DNA of 64,000 nucleotides from Candidatus Parcubacteria bacterium (GTDB lineage Bacteria; Patescibacteriota; Minisyncoccia; Phycocordibacterales; JAKFXT01): NCBI GenBank assembly GCA_021414235.1, contig JAIOOV010000004.1, positions 473,591 to 537,590 of the forward strand, read 5' to 3'. Shown piece by piece: positions 56,157 to 64,000 of this stretch (position 1 is its first letter; each line of letters starts with the position of its first letter). The notes under the pieces were generated by a model. It saw only the letters and a program-made list of their open reading frames with translations, ran no database searches and was not told where the DNA came from. The position numbers and the translations under genes were made by a program.

Positions 56157-56242
56157 AATTGTAGAGAAAAAGTTCTTCACGTATGCAATTAATATTAGCA
56201 CCCTGCTTCAAGAAGCTTTGTTGATAACTCCCCTTTAATGTA

Positions 56243-56271
56243 TTGACATAATTGTTTATATACTATATAAT
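56243..56271 (+). promoter_or_regulatory. Perfect-consensus sigma70 promoter TTGACA, 17 bp spacer, TATAAT
   Basis: Hexamers at 56243-56248 and 56266-56271. A CCAGGAGGTC RBS precedes the ATG at 56310. Confidence 0.6.
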
Positions 56272-56309
56272 TTAATTCGAACTAAGCATCCGCAGACCAG
56301 GAGGTCACC

Positions 56310-56912
56310 ATGCTGAAGCTGTTCTTCGTCATCTTGCTCATCTCGCTCGGCAGCGCGACCGCTGCCAGCGCCCAAACCAATAGTTGTAACACTGAGACGA
56401 GGCCCCACCTTTGCATCTGCAAAGTGGCGCTGCTCCAGGAAACTATCGGGGAAGAATCTCCAATCAGCAAAGAAGATGATCTAGACGCACGCGGGGCCCA
56501 CGAAGGATACTTCATGCCCCAAATGAAATGCGTCGGCTTCTACATCCAGCGAAAATGGTACGACACCACGACGGAAAAGTGGCTGATCAAATACATATAC
56601 GTCTGGAACATGGGCGCGCTCCGTGGACAGCGGGTCTCCCGAATCGAAGTCATGCAAAAAGGGGGAACCTACTTCAAGGTCACCGGCCTCGACGCCTGTC
56701 GCGATGACCACTACTTGGGAGTCACTTTCACCTACAAAGACTCCCTCCGTGGCGACTGTGACGGCACGACGTTCTCTGCGCAAATCCATAAGATGCAAGA
56801 AGCGCGAGTCCGAGCCCCTCTCGGCAGCTCCACAGCGGCGGTGCCGATTCCCGACACCTCGACCGTCGCATCCCCTCCCCCAGCTACCACACGAGGAGGG
56901 AGCAAGGATTGA
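56310..56912 (+). CDS. Small secreted hypothetical protein (signal peptide, 200 aa)
   Basis: MLKLFFVILLISLGSATAASA signal peptide. Strong RBS. Terminator downstream. Confidence 0.65.
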   Translation: MLKLFFVILLISLGSATAASAQTNSCNTETRPHLCICKVALLQETIGEESPISKEDDLDARGAHEGYFMPQMKCVGFYIQRKWYDTTTEKWLIKYIYVWNMGALRGQRVSRIEVMQKGGTYFKVTGLDACRDDHYLGVTFTYKDSLRGDCDGTTFSAQIHKMQEARVRAPLGSSTAAVPIPDTSTVASPPPATTRGGSKD

Positions 56913-56929
56913 AAACGGCGAGATCGACT

Positions 56930-56969
56930 GGCGGGTGCCCTTCGGGGTACTCGCCGGTTTTTTTATTTT
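56930..56969 (+). terminator. Rho-independent terminator (GGCGGGTGCCC ttcg GGGTACTCGCC plus GGTTTTTTTATTTTC)
   Basis: 11-bp stem with two G-U pairs, TTCG tetraloop, T-run. Confidence 0.75.
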
Positions 56970-56977
56970 CATGAGCG

Positions 56978-57004
56978 TTGACAGTATTTAAAAAATGTTA
57001 TAAA
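56978..57004 (+). promoter_or_regulatory. Promoter TTGACA ... TGtTATAAA (extended -10)
   Basis: -35 at 56978-56983, TG at 56996-56997, -10 at 56999-57004. RBS CCAGGAGGTC before the ATG at 57036. Confidence 0.5.
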
Positions 57005-57035
57005 AAGATTTCGTAGTCAACCCCAGGAGGTCGTT

Positions 57036-57488
57036 ATGCTGCGATTCACGCGAGTATCGTTCCTTCTAAGCCTTGCCGTGCTTCTCCTCATCGGCCGTCC
57101 GACTTTCGCCGATCAGGAAATCTGCGGCATCAAGGTCACCTCAGCCACGCTCGAGGCCGCCGCCGGGAATCCCCTGGCTCAGGTCGCGACGGACCCGTCT
57201 CCCAAGATCTATATCGGCAAGTGGAGCAGCGGCTGCGCCGGCCTCGTCTTCCCGAAGGAGGGCACAGTCGCCGGAGCACGCTACGCTCAGGTGAGTTACA
57301 CTTACAATCTTTCCGCAGCCGATCAAGGGACCCTAAAGACAGAGGTCATCCCCGTGGAGAATGACGGGAAGATGATCATCAGCGTTCCCGGCTGTCGGAG
57401 CAAACAGATGCAACTCGTGCCGGACGGCACCGCCTTCAAGGGAACTTGCACAACGTCGGCCTTCAGCATCAAGTTCGAGAAGCAGTGA
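57036..57488 (+). CDS. Small secreted hypothetical protein (signal peptide, 150 aa)
   Basis: MLRFTRVSFLLSLAVLLLIGRPTFA signal peptide. Same RBS context as the 56310 gene. Confidence 0.65.
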   Translation: MLRFTRVSFLLSLAVLLLIGRPTFADQEICGIKVTSATLEAAAGNPLAQVATDPSPKIYIGKWSSGCAGLVFPKEGTVAGARYAQVSYTYNLSAADQGTLKTEVIPVENDGKMIISVPGCRSKQMQLVPDGTAFKGTCTTSAFSIKFEKQ

Positions 57489-57503
57489 GACTCTCGAAGT
57501 GTC

Positions 57504-57542
57504 GGCGCGGTCCTCCGGGACCGCGCCCTTTCTTTTTTATTT
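57504..57542 (+). terminator. Rho-independent terminator (GGCGCGGTCC tccg GGACCGCGCC plus CTTTCTTTTTTATTT)
   Basis: 10-bp perfect stem and T-run. Confidence 0.8.
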
Positions 57543-58521
57543 ACTCCTCCACCTCTCCTTTGTTTTCAAAACCTCCTTTCGCTGCCTCCGCGAGAGCGTT
57601 AATTATATCCTCGACATTCCCCGCCATGATCTTAGGGATATTGTGCCAAGATTCCTTGATACGGTGATCCGTGATGCGATCCTGCGGAAAATTGTAGGTA
57701 CGGATCTTCTCAGACCTGTCCCCTGTTCCTATTTGTGATTTACGCTCACCGGCATATTTAGCTGCATCCTGTTCATCTTTCAATGCCTGAAGCTTGGCCG
57801 AAAGAATCGCCATAGCTTTTTCTCTGTTCTTCTGCTGACTACGCTCTGAGGTACAACGCACGTCGATCCCAGTAGGCTTGTGTATCAAACGAACCGCCGT
57901 CTCCACCTTGTTCACATTCTGACCACCCGCACCTCCCGAACGGGAGAACTCCATCTCGATATCCCCTGGATTTATCTCCATCGGTGCCGTCTCACGAAGA
58001 GGCAACACCGCCACAGAAGCAGTAGAGGTATGAATACGTCCCATCTTCTCCGTAGCCGGAGTGCGCTGCACGCGATGCACTCCCGTCTCGTAACGCAGCT
58101 TGTCATAGACACCCTCGCCCGAAAATTCAAAAGAAGCCTCCTTGTAGCCGCCAAGCGCGCTCTTGGATTCATCGAGTACGCGCACGTCCCAGCCCTCCCT
58201 CTCAGCGTAGAGGCGATACATATTGGCGATCTCTTCCGCAAAAAGCGCCGCCTCTTCTCCGCCCGCGCCCGCGCGCACTTCCAGGATGATCTGATTGGGC
58301 GATTCTATCGTGCCCGCTGCCTTGTTCAAGATCTCTTCCATCTGAGCGACCAGCGCATCTCGCTCCGCAGAGAGACGCGTCAGGTCTTCTCTCCCGAGTT
58401 CTGCCATGGAAGGGTCGCTCGTGATGAGGGTCTCTAAGTCGTCTATCTCCGCAGAAAGCCGCTCGGCCGTTTCCGCCAAGTACTGTGTCTTCCTATTCTC
58501 TTTGTATTTGGAAAGGTCCAT
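57541..58521 (-). CDS. prfA: Peptide chain release factor 1
   Basis: [17 protein letters not shown] (PxT-type RF1 motif) and GGQ motif [11 protein letters not shown]. 326 aa. Confidence 0.85.
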   Translation of the reverse strand: MDLSKYKENRKTQYLAETAERLSAEIDDLETLITSDPSMAELGREDLTRLSAERDALVAQMEEILNKAAGTIESPNQIILEVRAGAGGEEAALFAEEIANMYRLYAEREGWDVRVLDESKSALGGYKEASFEFSGEGVYDKLRYETGVHRVQRTPATEKMGRIHTSTASVAVLPLRETAPMEINPGDIEMEFSRSGGAGGQNVNKVETAVRLIHKPTGIDVRCTSERSQQKNREKAMAILSAKLQALKDEQDAAKYAGERKSQIGTGDRSEKIRTYNFPQDRITDHRIKESWHNIPKIMAGNVEDIINALAEAAKGGFENKGEVEE

Positions 58522-58572
58522 ATGGGTAGGACAAAGCCCGCCCCGGAGTATGCCGGGGCGGGCTTTGAATCG

Positions 58573-58803
58573 TTACGCCTTCTTCTTGGCAGGCTTCACC
58601 TTGGCGCTTGCAGCGCGCGTCTTGAAACGCTCCACGCGGCCGGCGGTGTCGAGCACCTTGTCGGCTCCGGTGTAGAAAGGATGGCACTTGCTGCAGATTT
58701 CCACAGAGAGACTCTCCTTGGTGGAAAGCACGGAAAACTCAGCTCCGCAGGCGCAGAGAGCCTTAGCAGCGAGATGGGTGGTCGGATGGATATCTGCCTT
58801 CAT
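58573..58803 (-). CDS. rpmE: 50S ribosomal protein L31 (zinc-ribbon type)
   Basis: [10 protein letters not shown]...CACG...[10 protein letters not shown]. Confidence 0.85.
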   Translation of the reverse strand: MKADIHPTTHLAAKALCACGAEFSVLSTKESLSVEICSKCHPFYTGADKVLDTAGRVERFKTRAASAKVKPAKKKA

Positions 58804-58854
58804 GCCGGACTTTATAACATACTGAAATTAAAAGGGCAAAGGCTCTGGTATAAT

Positions 58855-59919
58855 ATGGCTATGTTCCTTTCCTATCGTAGCCTCTCCGCGCTCAGCCTGA
58901 TCCTCCTCGGGCTCATCTTTGGCTTCGGCTGGTATCTCACCAAGGCACCCTCGGAAGGAGAGCTCGCGGAAGGCCGGAAAGAGGCCCTTGGGTACCTGCT
59001 CCGCTCGTTTGATGAGGATATACACTTCGTGACCCGCTACGGGCTCGACAGCAGCCCCCCTCCCGTCACCCGGGAAGAGCAGTTCATCGCGGAGCTAGAG
59101 GCCGCCACTACCCTCGCAGATGCCTCCCGCGGAGACACCACACTCGCCGGAGCGCACCGAGAGAATCTCCACATCATCCTCACGGATTGGTACGTAGAAG
59201 CGGGTAATGACGCATATCTCACCAACGGCACTCCCTTCATGGAGCAGAATGGCCGAGGATTAGCACTCCTCGCAACAAGCCCGCTCTTTGAAGAAGAGAG
59301 AGCCAAAGCGGAGAAGCTCGCCACCCCTATCGCTTCCTGGGCACGAAAGGAATTCACTACCTACTGGAAAGCTGCGAGCAGCACCGCCGCAGAGAGCCTC
59401 GGCTATGGCATCCTCGGCATAAGCGCGCTCTACCTGCGCACCGGCTCTCCTGAGCACAGAGAGACACTAGAACTGCTCGCTGCCCGCTATCGCCTTCTTC
59501 TTGACCCCTCCCCGCTCCGCTTCGCGGTACGCAGCACTCTCTACGAGTCGCTCCGCGGAGACGAAGACCGCCGCAGCCTTCTTCTCATCGCCAACTCATA
59601 TCTCCCTCTCCAGGACAAGAACTTCTTCTCCGCCTCCTACGGGCTCTTCCGGGATACTGACGGCACCTACTACCCTCTTGCCGAGCAAGCCATGATCACC
59701 CGAGGACTAGTACAGGCTTCTGTACTAGTCGCAGAGAGCAATGATTCGGCCTCTCATTCATACAAGCAAGCAGCGCTCCGTAGCGCTGGTGCCCTTTTAC
59801 GTATGCAGATGGACGCTCCAGAGCAGCTCAAAGGAGGAGCGCTCGGCAGCATCAAGAGAACATACGTGGATACCTACGCTACTGCGCAGCTCATAGAAGC
59901 GCTCGATTCATTTAAATAA
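58855..59919 (+). CDS. Membrane-anchored hypothetical protein (355 aa)
   Basis: ATG at 58855 (MAMFLSYRSLSALSLILLGLIFGFGWY). The track ORF start 58522 is an antisense extension over rpmE. TGgTATAAT lies immediately upstream (58846-58854), so the mRNA may be leaderless or near-leaderless. Confidence 0.55.
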   Translation: MAMFLSYRSLSALSLILLGLIFGFGWYLTKAPSEGELAEGRKEALGYLLRSFDEDIHFVTRYGLDSSPPPVTREEQFIAELEAATTLADASRGDTTLAGAHRENLHIILTDWYVEAGNDAYLTNGTPFMEQNGRGLALLATSPLFEEERAKAEKLATPIASWARKEFTTYWKAASSTAAESLGYGILGISALYLRTGSPEHRETLELLAARYRLLLDPSPLRFAVRSTLYESLRGDEDRRSLLLIANSYLPLQDKNFFSASYGLFRDTDGTYYPLAEQAMITRGLVQASVLVAESNDSASHSYKQAALRSAGALLRMQMDAPEQLKGGALGSIKRTYVDTYATAQLIEALDSFK

Positions 59920-59924
59920 ATCTC

Positions 59925-61286
59925 CTACTGCGCCTTCTTCAAGATATCTATCTGCGCCTGGAAACCGTCAGCCAGACTCATCACCTGATCACCATAAAAG
60001 GCGTATGCTGCTTTCTCCGCGTTCTTCCAGCCTGCGAGATATCGGAGGGCAGCGAGACGCTCTGCTGCACGCGTACCGCGATTAGCACCGTTGTCCTTCA
60101 TGAGGAGCGCAGAAGCCATGAAGGCATCGCGCGGGTTCCACGGATTCGGCGGGTTCGTCCCGGTGATAGCCGAGATACGCTTTTCATACAAAAGCCAGGT
60201 GGAAGGAATGAACTGGGCGGGGCCCATGGCACCTCCCCAGCCGTAGCCGCAGGCTACTCCGGGGCCGACCCGTTTCCTCTCCGCAGCCGAGCAAGGACGC
60301 GCGGAGATAGGCATCGCATCAGGATCGAGTCCTAGGCGGCTAGTGATGGATTGGAAGTCTGCCCAGTCTCTCTGCGCCATATCGGCTCTCCAGGTGCCCG
60401 TACCAAGGTTCTTACCGAGATCGGTCTCGGTAGCGATGATGCCGAGGATGACCGCCGCACGTACCCCCGTCTTCTGCGATGCTTCGGTCGCATATTCATA
60501 CGCCTTCTGGAATGGGATGGGGCCCGCTCCCTGCAGATTGAAGAGACGTGCGCGGATAGTGGCGGCACTCTGCTCCTGGGACTGGATTACGCGCTGATAT
60601 TCGGCTTCCTGCCCCTTAGAAACGTTCAGAATGCGTTTCTTCTCCGCCTCCTGGTCCTGGACGGCTTTCTTCTGGAGTTCCTGGATGCGACGAAGCTGCA
60701 GTTCCTCCGACCGCTTGTCCTCTAGGCTGTCCTTGGCTGCCTGCGTGTCATCACGCGCTTCGCCCAATTCGTGCGAGGATTCCTGCAGTTGTTCCTTCAC
60801 CGACTGGAAGGCGTCGAGGTCAGAGAAGAAATCAGAGAGATTACGACCGGAGAGAGCGAACTCGGCGATGGAATAGTCATCGATGACAGCAGTCTTGCGG
60901 ATGAGCTGAGCGAGGGACTCCCGCTCCCGCTCCATCTTGGAAGAGAGCACGCCGATAGTCTGCTGCTTGCCGTCGATCTCGCGAGAGAGGCGCTGGATGG
61001 AGAGGTTGCGGGCCTGGAGAGAGAGCTGGGCCTCTTTGATACGGGCATTGAGAATGGCCACGTCACGCTGGAGAGAAGCGGACTGCTGGCGGGTTGAATC
61101 CAGAATCTTGCGCTGGCCAGCAATCTGATTTTCGATATTGCGGAGCTCCGCCTCAAGCGCCGCACGCTCAGCCGGAGAGAGTTCCGCAGCAGAAGCCGAC
61201 CCGAAGAGAGAGGCTACGAGCAGAAGCAAGGCGCAGAGGGCGCCGACAATACGAAAAACGCGAGGCATACTTTTCAAGGATAGCAC
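59925..61286 (-). CDS. Secreted coiled-coil protein with C-terminal lytic transglycosylase (SLT/MltB-like) domain
   Basis: Signal peptide, about 230 aa of coiled coil, then AAVILGIIATETDLGKNLGTG and GAMGPAQFIPSTW transglycosylase motifs. Confidence 0.65.
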   Translation of the reverse strand: MLSLKSMPRVFRIVGALCALLLLVASLFGSASAAELSPAERAALEAELRNIENQIAGQRKILDSTRQQSASLQRDVAILNARIKEAQLSLQARNLSIQRLSREIDGKQQTIGVLSSKMERERESLAQLIRKTAVIDDYSIAEFALSGRNLSDFFSDLDAFQSVKEQLQESSHELGEARDDTQAAKDSLEDKRSEELQLRRIQELQKKAVQDQEAEKKRILNVSKGQEAEYQRVIQSQEQSAATIRARLFNLQGAGPIPFQKAYEYATEASQKTGVRAAVILGIIATETDLGKNLGTGTWRADMAQRDWADFQSITSRLGLDPDAMPISARPCSAAERKRVGPGVACGYGWGGAMGPAQFIPSTWLLYEKRISAITGTNPPNPWNPRDAFMASALLMKDNGANRGTRAAERLAALRYLAGWKNAEKAAYAFYGDQVMSLADGFQAQIDILKKAQ

Positions 61287-61335
61287 AAAGGCGCTCCCCT
61301 CGGAGCGCCTTTGTGTGGAATTTCTGTAAAAAGTG

Positions 61336-61989
61336 TTACTTGTCGCCCTTTTCCTCTGCTCCTTCTTCTCCTTCCTCTTCCTTCTTGCCCTTCTTCTCCA
61401 CTTCGATGTCCTCCAGGTTCATCGGAGTCTCGTCCGCCTTCTCTTCGTGAGGCTGAGTGATAGCAGCGACTACTTCCTCAGGATCTGCCATAGCGACGAC
61501 ACCTGCTGGGAGGACGATGTCCTTCACCAGAATCTGGCTCTCAAAGGTAGAGAGACCGGTCACATCCACCGTGAGTGCGTGCGGGAGATCCTTCGGCATC
61601 GCTTCAACCTCAAGCTCATGGAGCACTTTCACCAGGATACCGCCGAGGCTCTTGACCGCCTCCGGTACGCCTTCGAAGTGTATCTGTACGGCAACCTGCA
61701 CCTTCTTGCCCTTCTCTAGTACGTAAAAATCAGCGTGGCGAGGCTCGCCCTTGATAGGGTCAAAGTCTACCGCCTGGATGAGGGTCTCGAGTTCGCGCTC
61801 GCCGTCCTTGAGGATGACCACGGAAGACTCGCCAGCCTCCTTCCAGGCCTTCTTGAAGAGCCCGCGAGAGAGCTCGATCGGGGTGGTCGCCTCCTTGTGA
61901 CCGTAGAAAACAGCAGGCATAACCGTCTCGGGAAGGCGGGATCCGGCCTTACCGATGATTGTGCGGCGTTTGACTTCGAGAGTAATCAT
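61336..61989 (-). CDS. rplY: 50S ribosomal protein L25 / general stress protein Ctc with acidic Lys/Glu tail
   Basis: MITLEVKRRTIIGKAGSRLPETVMPAVFYGH... L25 N-terminal domain plus Ctc-type C-terminal domain. Confidence 0.8.
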   Translation of the reverse strand: MITLEVKRRTIIGKAGSRLPETVMPAVFYGHKEATTPIELSRGLFKKAWKEAGESSVVILKDGERELETLIQAVDFDPIKGEPRHADFYVLEKGKKVQVAVQIHFEGVPEAVKSLGGILVKVLHELEVEAMPKDLPHALTVDVTGLSTFESQILVKDIVLPAGVVAMADPEEVVAAITQPHEEKADETPMNLEDIEVEKKGKKEEEGEEGAEEKGDK

Positions 61990-62044
61990 GAGGAGCAGTC
62001 TACCTAAAAGGCCAGATTTTGCAACCCAGGATGGGCTGGAGAGG

Positions 62045-63016
62045 CTAGGCCTTGACCGCGTTCGGTGCTATCCCCGTCTCAAAGAAGGAAAGGACGTTCT
62101 CCGCCGCTATGGTACTCATCTTCTCGCGGGTCTCCCCTGTAGCCGAAGCTATATGCGGGGTGAGGATGACATTTGGGAGCGAGGCTAAGCCCGGAGCGAG
62201 CGCAGGCTCATTTTCGAACACATCGAGCGCCGCGCCGCGGATGACTCCTCCCTTAAGGGCCTCTACCAGCGCCACTTCATCAATGACCGGACCCCGGGAA
62301 GTGTTCACCAAAAAAGCAGACGGCTTCATCATTCCCAAGCGCTCCTTATTAAGAAGGTGCTGAGTCGAAGGCAGTAGCGGCACGTGGATGGTAACCGCAT
62401 CCGCAACAGCGAGCACTTCCTCCGGCGTCGCGTAATAGGTGGCGCGGTATTCCTGCTCCAGCTGTTCGTTCCTCTTCACGTCGTAATAGGCGACATTCAT
62501 ATCGAAACCGCGGCTGAGATGATGTGCCACGCGCGCACCGATACGACCCGCTCCGAGAATACCGAGCGTCTTGTGCGAGAGGTCCGTACCAAGAAGAAGG
62601 AGCGGATCCCAGCCTACGTACTTCCCTTCCTTGGTGAAGCGATCCCCCTCCGTCACCCGCGAAGCCAGCGCCAAGAGAAGCGCCACCGTGTGTTCCGCCA
62701 CCGTCTCGGTGAGCACGTCCGGCGTGTTAGAGACGATCACCCCGCGCTCCTTTGCCGCCTCCAGGTCTATATTATTGAAACCCACCGCATAGTTGGCGAA
62801 GATCTTCGCCTGCGGAGCCGCATCAAATACTTCCCCATCTATCTTATCCGTAAGCAGACAGAGCACTGCGTCATAGGGCTTCGCCCTGAGAGCGGAGACA
62901 AGCTCCTCTTTGCTAAGCACGCCATCCTTGGAACTCACGTCTACCACACATCCTTTCGATTCCAGTAATTTAATGCCGCTCTCCGGTATGCGACGGGTCA
63001 CGAAGACTGTTTTCAT
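62045..63016 (-). CDS. D-isomer-specific 2-hydroxyacid dehydrogenase (glycerate dehydrogenase / glyoxylate reductase family)
   Basis: GILGAGRIGARVA NAD-binding motif and catalytic RGPVIDEVALVEAL...PHIASAT. Confidence 0.85.
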   Translation of the reverse strand: MKTVFVTRRIPESGIKLLESKGCVVDVSSKDGVLSKEELVSALRAKPYDAVLCLLTDKIDGEVFDAAPQAKIFANYAVGFNNIDLEAAKERGVIVSNTPDVLTETVAEHTVALLLALASRVTEGDRFTKEGKYVGWDPLLLLGTDLSHKTLGILGAGRIGARVAHHLSRGFDMNVAYYDVKRNEQLEQEYRATYYATPEEVLAVADAVTIHVPLLPSTQHLLNKERLGMMKPSAFLVNTSRGPVIDEVALVEALKGGVIRGAALDVFENEPALAPGLASLPNVILTPHIASATGETREKMSTIAAENVLSFFETGIAPNAVKA

Positions 63017-63086
63017 GCGAGAAGTATATCAAAAAGAAAAGCGGCGCCCCCGGTGAGAGGGCGCCGCCGTGCCGCATTTCTGCAGC

Positions 63087-63743
63087 CTAGAAATTCCTGC
63101 CGACGTCGCCGCCGTCACTTCCTCCGCTTTGAACCGGCTCAGGAGAGAGGTCGACCGTGTCCATGAGCACCTCGCAGGTGATCCTCTGGTCCACGAACAC
63201 GACCCTGAGATATCCATCGATGGGATACGGCCAGTAGGGAGCGGGCTGAATGGCGATTACGACTCCGGGGACGATATAGCGAGCCGAATATTCGTTGCCG
63301 AAGACCATGAAGACCCAGCGGGTCAGCGAGCGGATGTCTTTACCTGCGAAGTTCCTGATGACACCCCCCGCTTCCAAAGGCAGGCTCGGACAGAAGGCCG
63401 ACATGTCTTTCAGCGCCCCCGCGAGAAACTCGCGGGCGTCTCCTTTCGGATCCGCCTTACAGTGAGCGCGCAGAAGGCCGGTATCTCCGAGAAGACCTCC
63501 GCCAATGAAGCTGAGGCGACACCGATCCTCCCGGACAGAAGCAGAGGAGACACAGTGCGGCGGCTCGAGTTCAGTGAATGTGCACCGAATCTCCTGCCCG
63601 TTGACATAGACAGTGAAGCCGCCGCCAGCGGGAGGCAGAGGAGATGACCCAACTTCTTTCGGGACAACCGTGATGCCCGCAGAAGCCGAGATCGAACTTG
63701 CGCAAAACGCGATGGCAAGGAACAGAAGGGACAGAATACGCAT
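63087..63743 (-). CDS. Secreted hypothetical protein
   Basis: Signal peptide MRILSLLFLAIAFCASSISASAG (internal start at 63743; track ORF runs to 63791). Confidence 0.5.
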   Translation of the reverse strand: MRILSLLFLAIAFCASSISASAGITVVPKEVGSSPLPPAGGGFTVYVNGQEIRCTFTELEPPHCVSSASVREDRCRLSFIGGGLLGDTGLLRAHCKADPKGDAREFLAGALKDMSAFCPSLPLEAGGVIRNFAGKDIRSLTRWVFMVFGNEYSARYIVPGVVIAIQPAPYWPYPIDGYLRVVFVDQRITCEVLMDTVDLSPEPVQSGGSDGGDVGRNF

Positions 63744-63854
63744 TAGGAATCTCCTGTGAGCGCAGTGATGTTTCGCGTCTGACATTACCACACTTTACAT
63801 ATATTTGTCAAGCATTCGAGTTTGCCTAACACGCTTGTGTGATAAAATACTTAT

Positions 63855-64000
63855 ATGTCGAAGCCCTTTGATCTCGTAGCTATCGGCGACACCGCCACTG
63901 ATGCATTCATCCGCCTCAAGGAGGCGCACGTCAATTGCCGTATCGATACGAAAGCCTGCGAGATATGCATGAGCTTCGGGGACAAGATCCCCTACGAATC
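63855..64000 (+). CDS. PfkB-family carbohydrate or nucleoside kinase, N-terminal fragment (runs off the window)
   Basis: MSKPFDLVAIGDTATDAFIRL resembles the ribokinase/PfkB N-terminal Gly-rich motif. Confidence 0.45.
   Translation, partial: MSKPFDLVAIGDTATDAFIRLKEAHVNCRIDTKACEICMSFGDKIPYE

Noticed and set aside
58522-58854. N-terminal 111-aa extension of the 58522..59919 ORF
   Set aside because: Overlaps rpmE on the opposite strand. A better start exists at 58855 with a promoter-like element.

Overview
A 64-kb, ~60% GC bacterial chromosomal segment, dense with housekeeping genes mostly on the minus strand. The housekeeping backbone is: rpoC (partial) and rpoB, then trmD, a KH-domain protein and rpsP, followed by rnr, an rnc-smc pair, a nusB-NUDIX fusion, rpmF, rnhB, dnaE, thrS, gyrB, an M32 carboxypeptidase, pheT and pheS. 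A second housekeeping block further along the window carries tRNA-Thr(UGU), tsf and rpsB, and a third carries prfA, rpmE, rplY, a 2-hydroxyacid dehydrogenase and a partial PfkB-like kinase. Standard code 11 fits everywhere. Several core proteins are shortened (ThrRS without the editing domain, short PheS and PheT, a hinge-less 740-aa SMC, a 193-aa EF-Ts), and many small secreted or membrane-anchored proteins are present. Together these suggest a reduced-genome, possibly CPR/Patescibacteria-like organism; that is inference only. Between the core blocks are accessory stretches. (1) 10.1-13.8 kb holds a ParB/Srx-fold protein with a Cys-rich N-terminus and a cytochrome-b5 protein, bracketed by two copies of a diverged gene-3'-end plus terminator module. 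(2) 24.3-29.5 kb is a surface-protein region: a 613-aa protein with a (GGCEGCGG) x4 repeat, a poly-Pro protein, a lipoprotein, a sortase and a CARDB-like protein. (3) 39.0-39.9 kb has a low-GC SDH/ClpP-fold protease immediately 3' of tRNA-Thr. (4) 41.9-51.8 kb is a long minus-strand run of secreted proteins, including a tandem triplication of a Cys/His-rich CxHGxGHG family, putative metal-binding proteins, and two tandem Tyr/Gln-rich (YYQ-repeat) paralogs that share a novel C-terminal domain. (5) 52.6-56.2 kb is the most notable: a translationally coupled YcaO cyclodehydratase (C-terminal PxPxP) plus SagB-type dehydrogenase pair (TOMM / azol(in)e-RiPP machinery), flanked by TPR proteins, with an McbA-like Gly/Ser/Cys-rich small ORF about 1 kb away. 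No CRISPR, rRNA or obvious transposase or integrase was seen.
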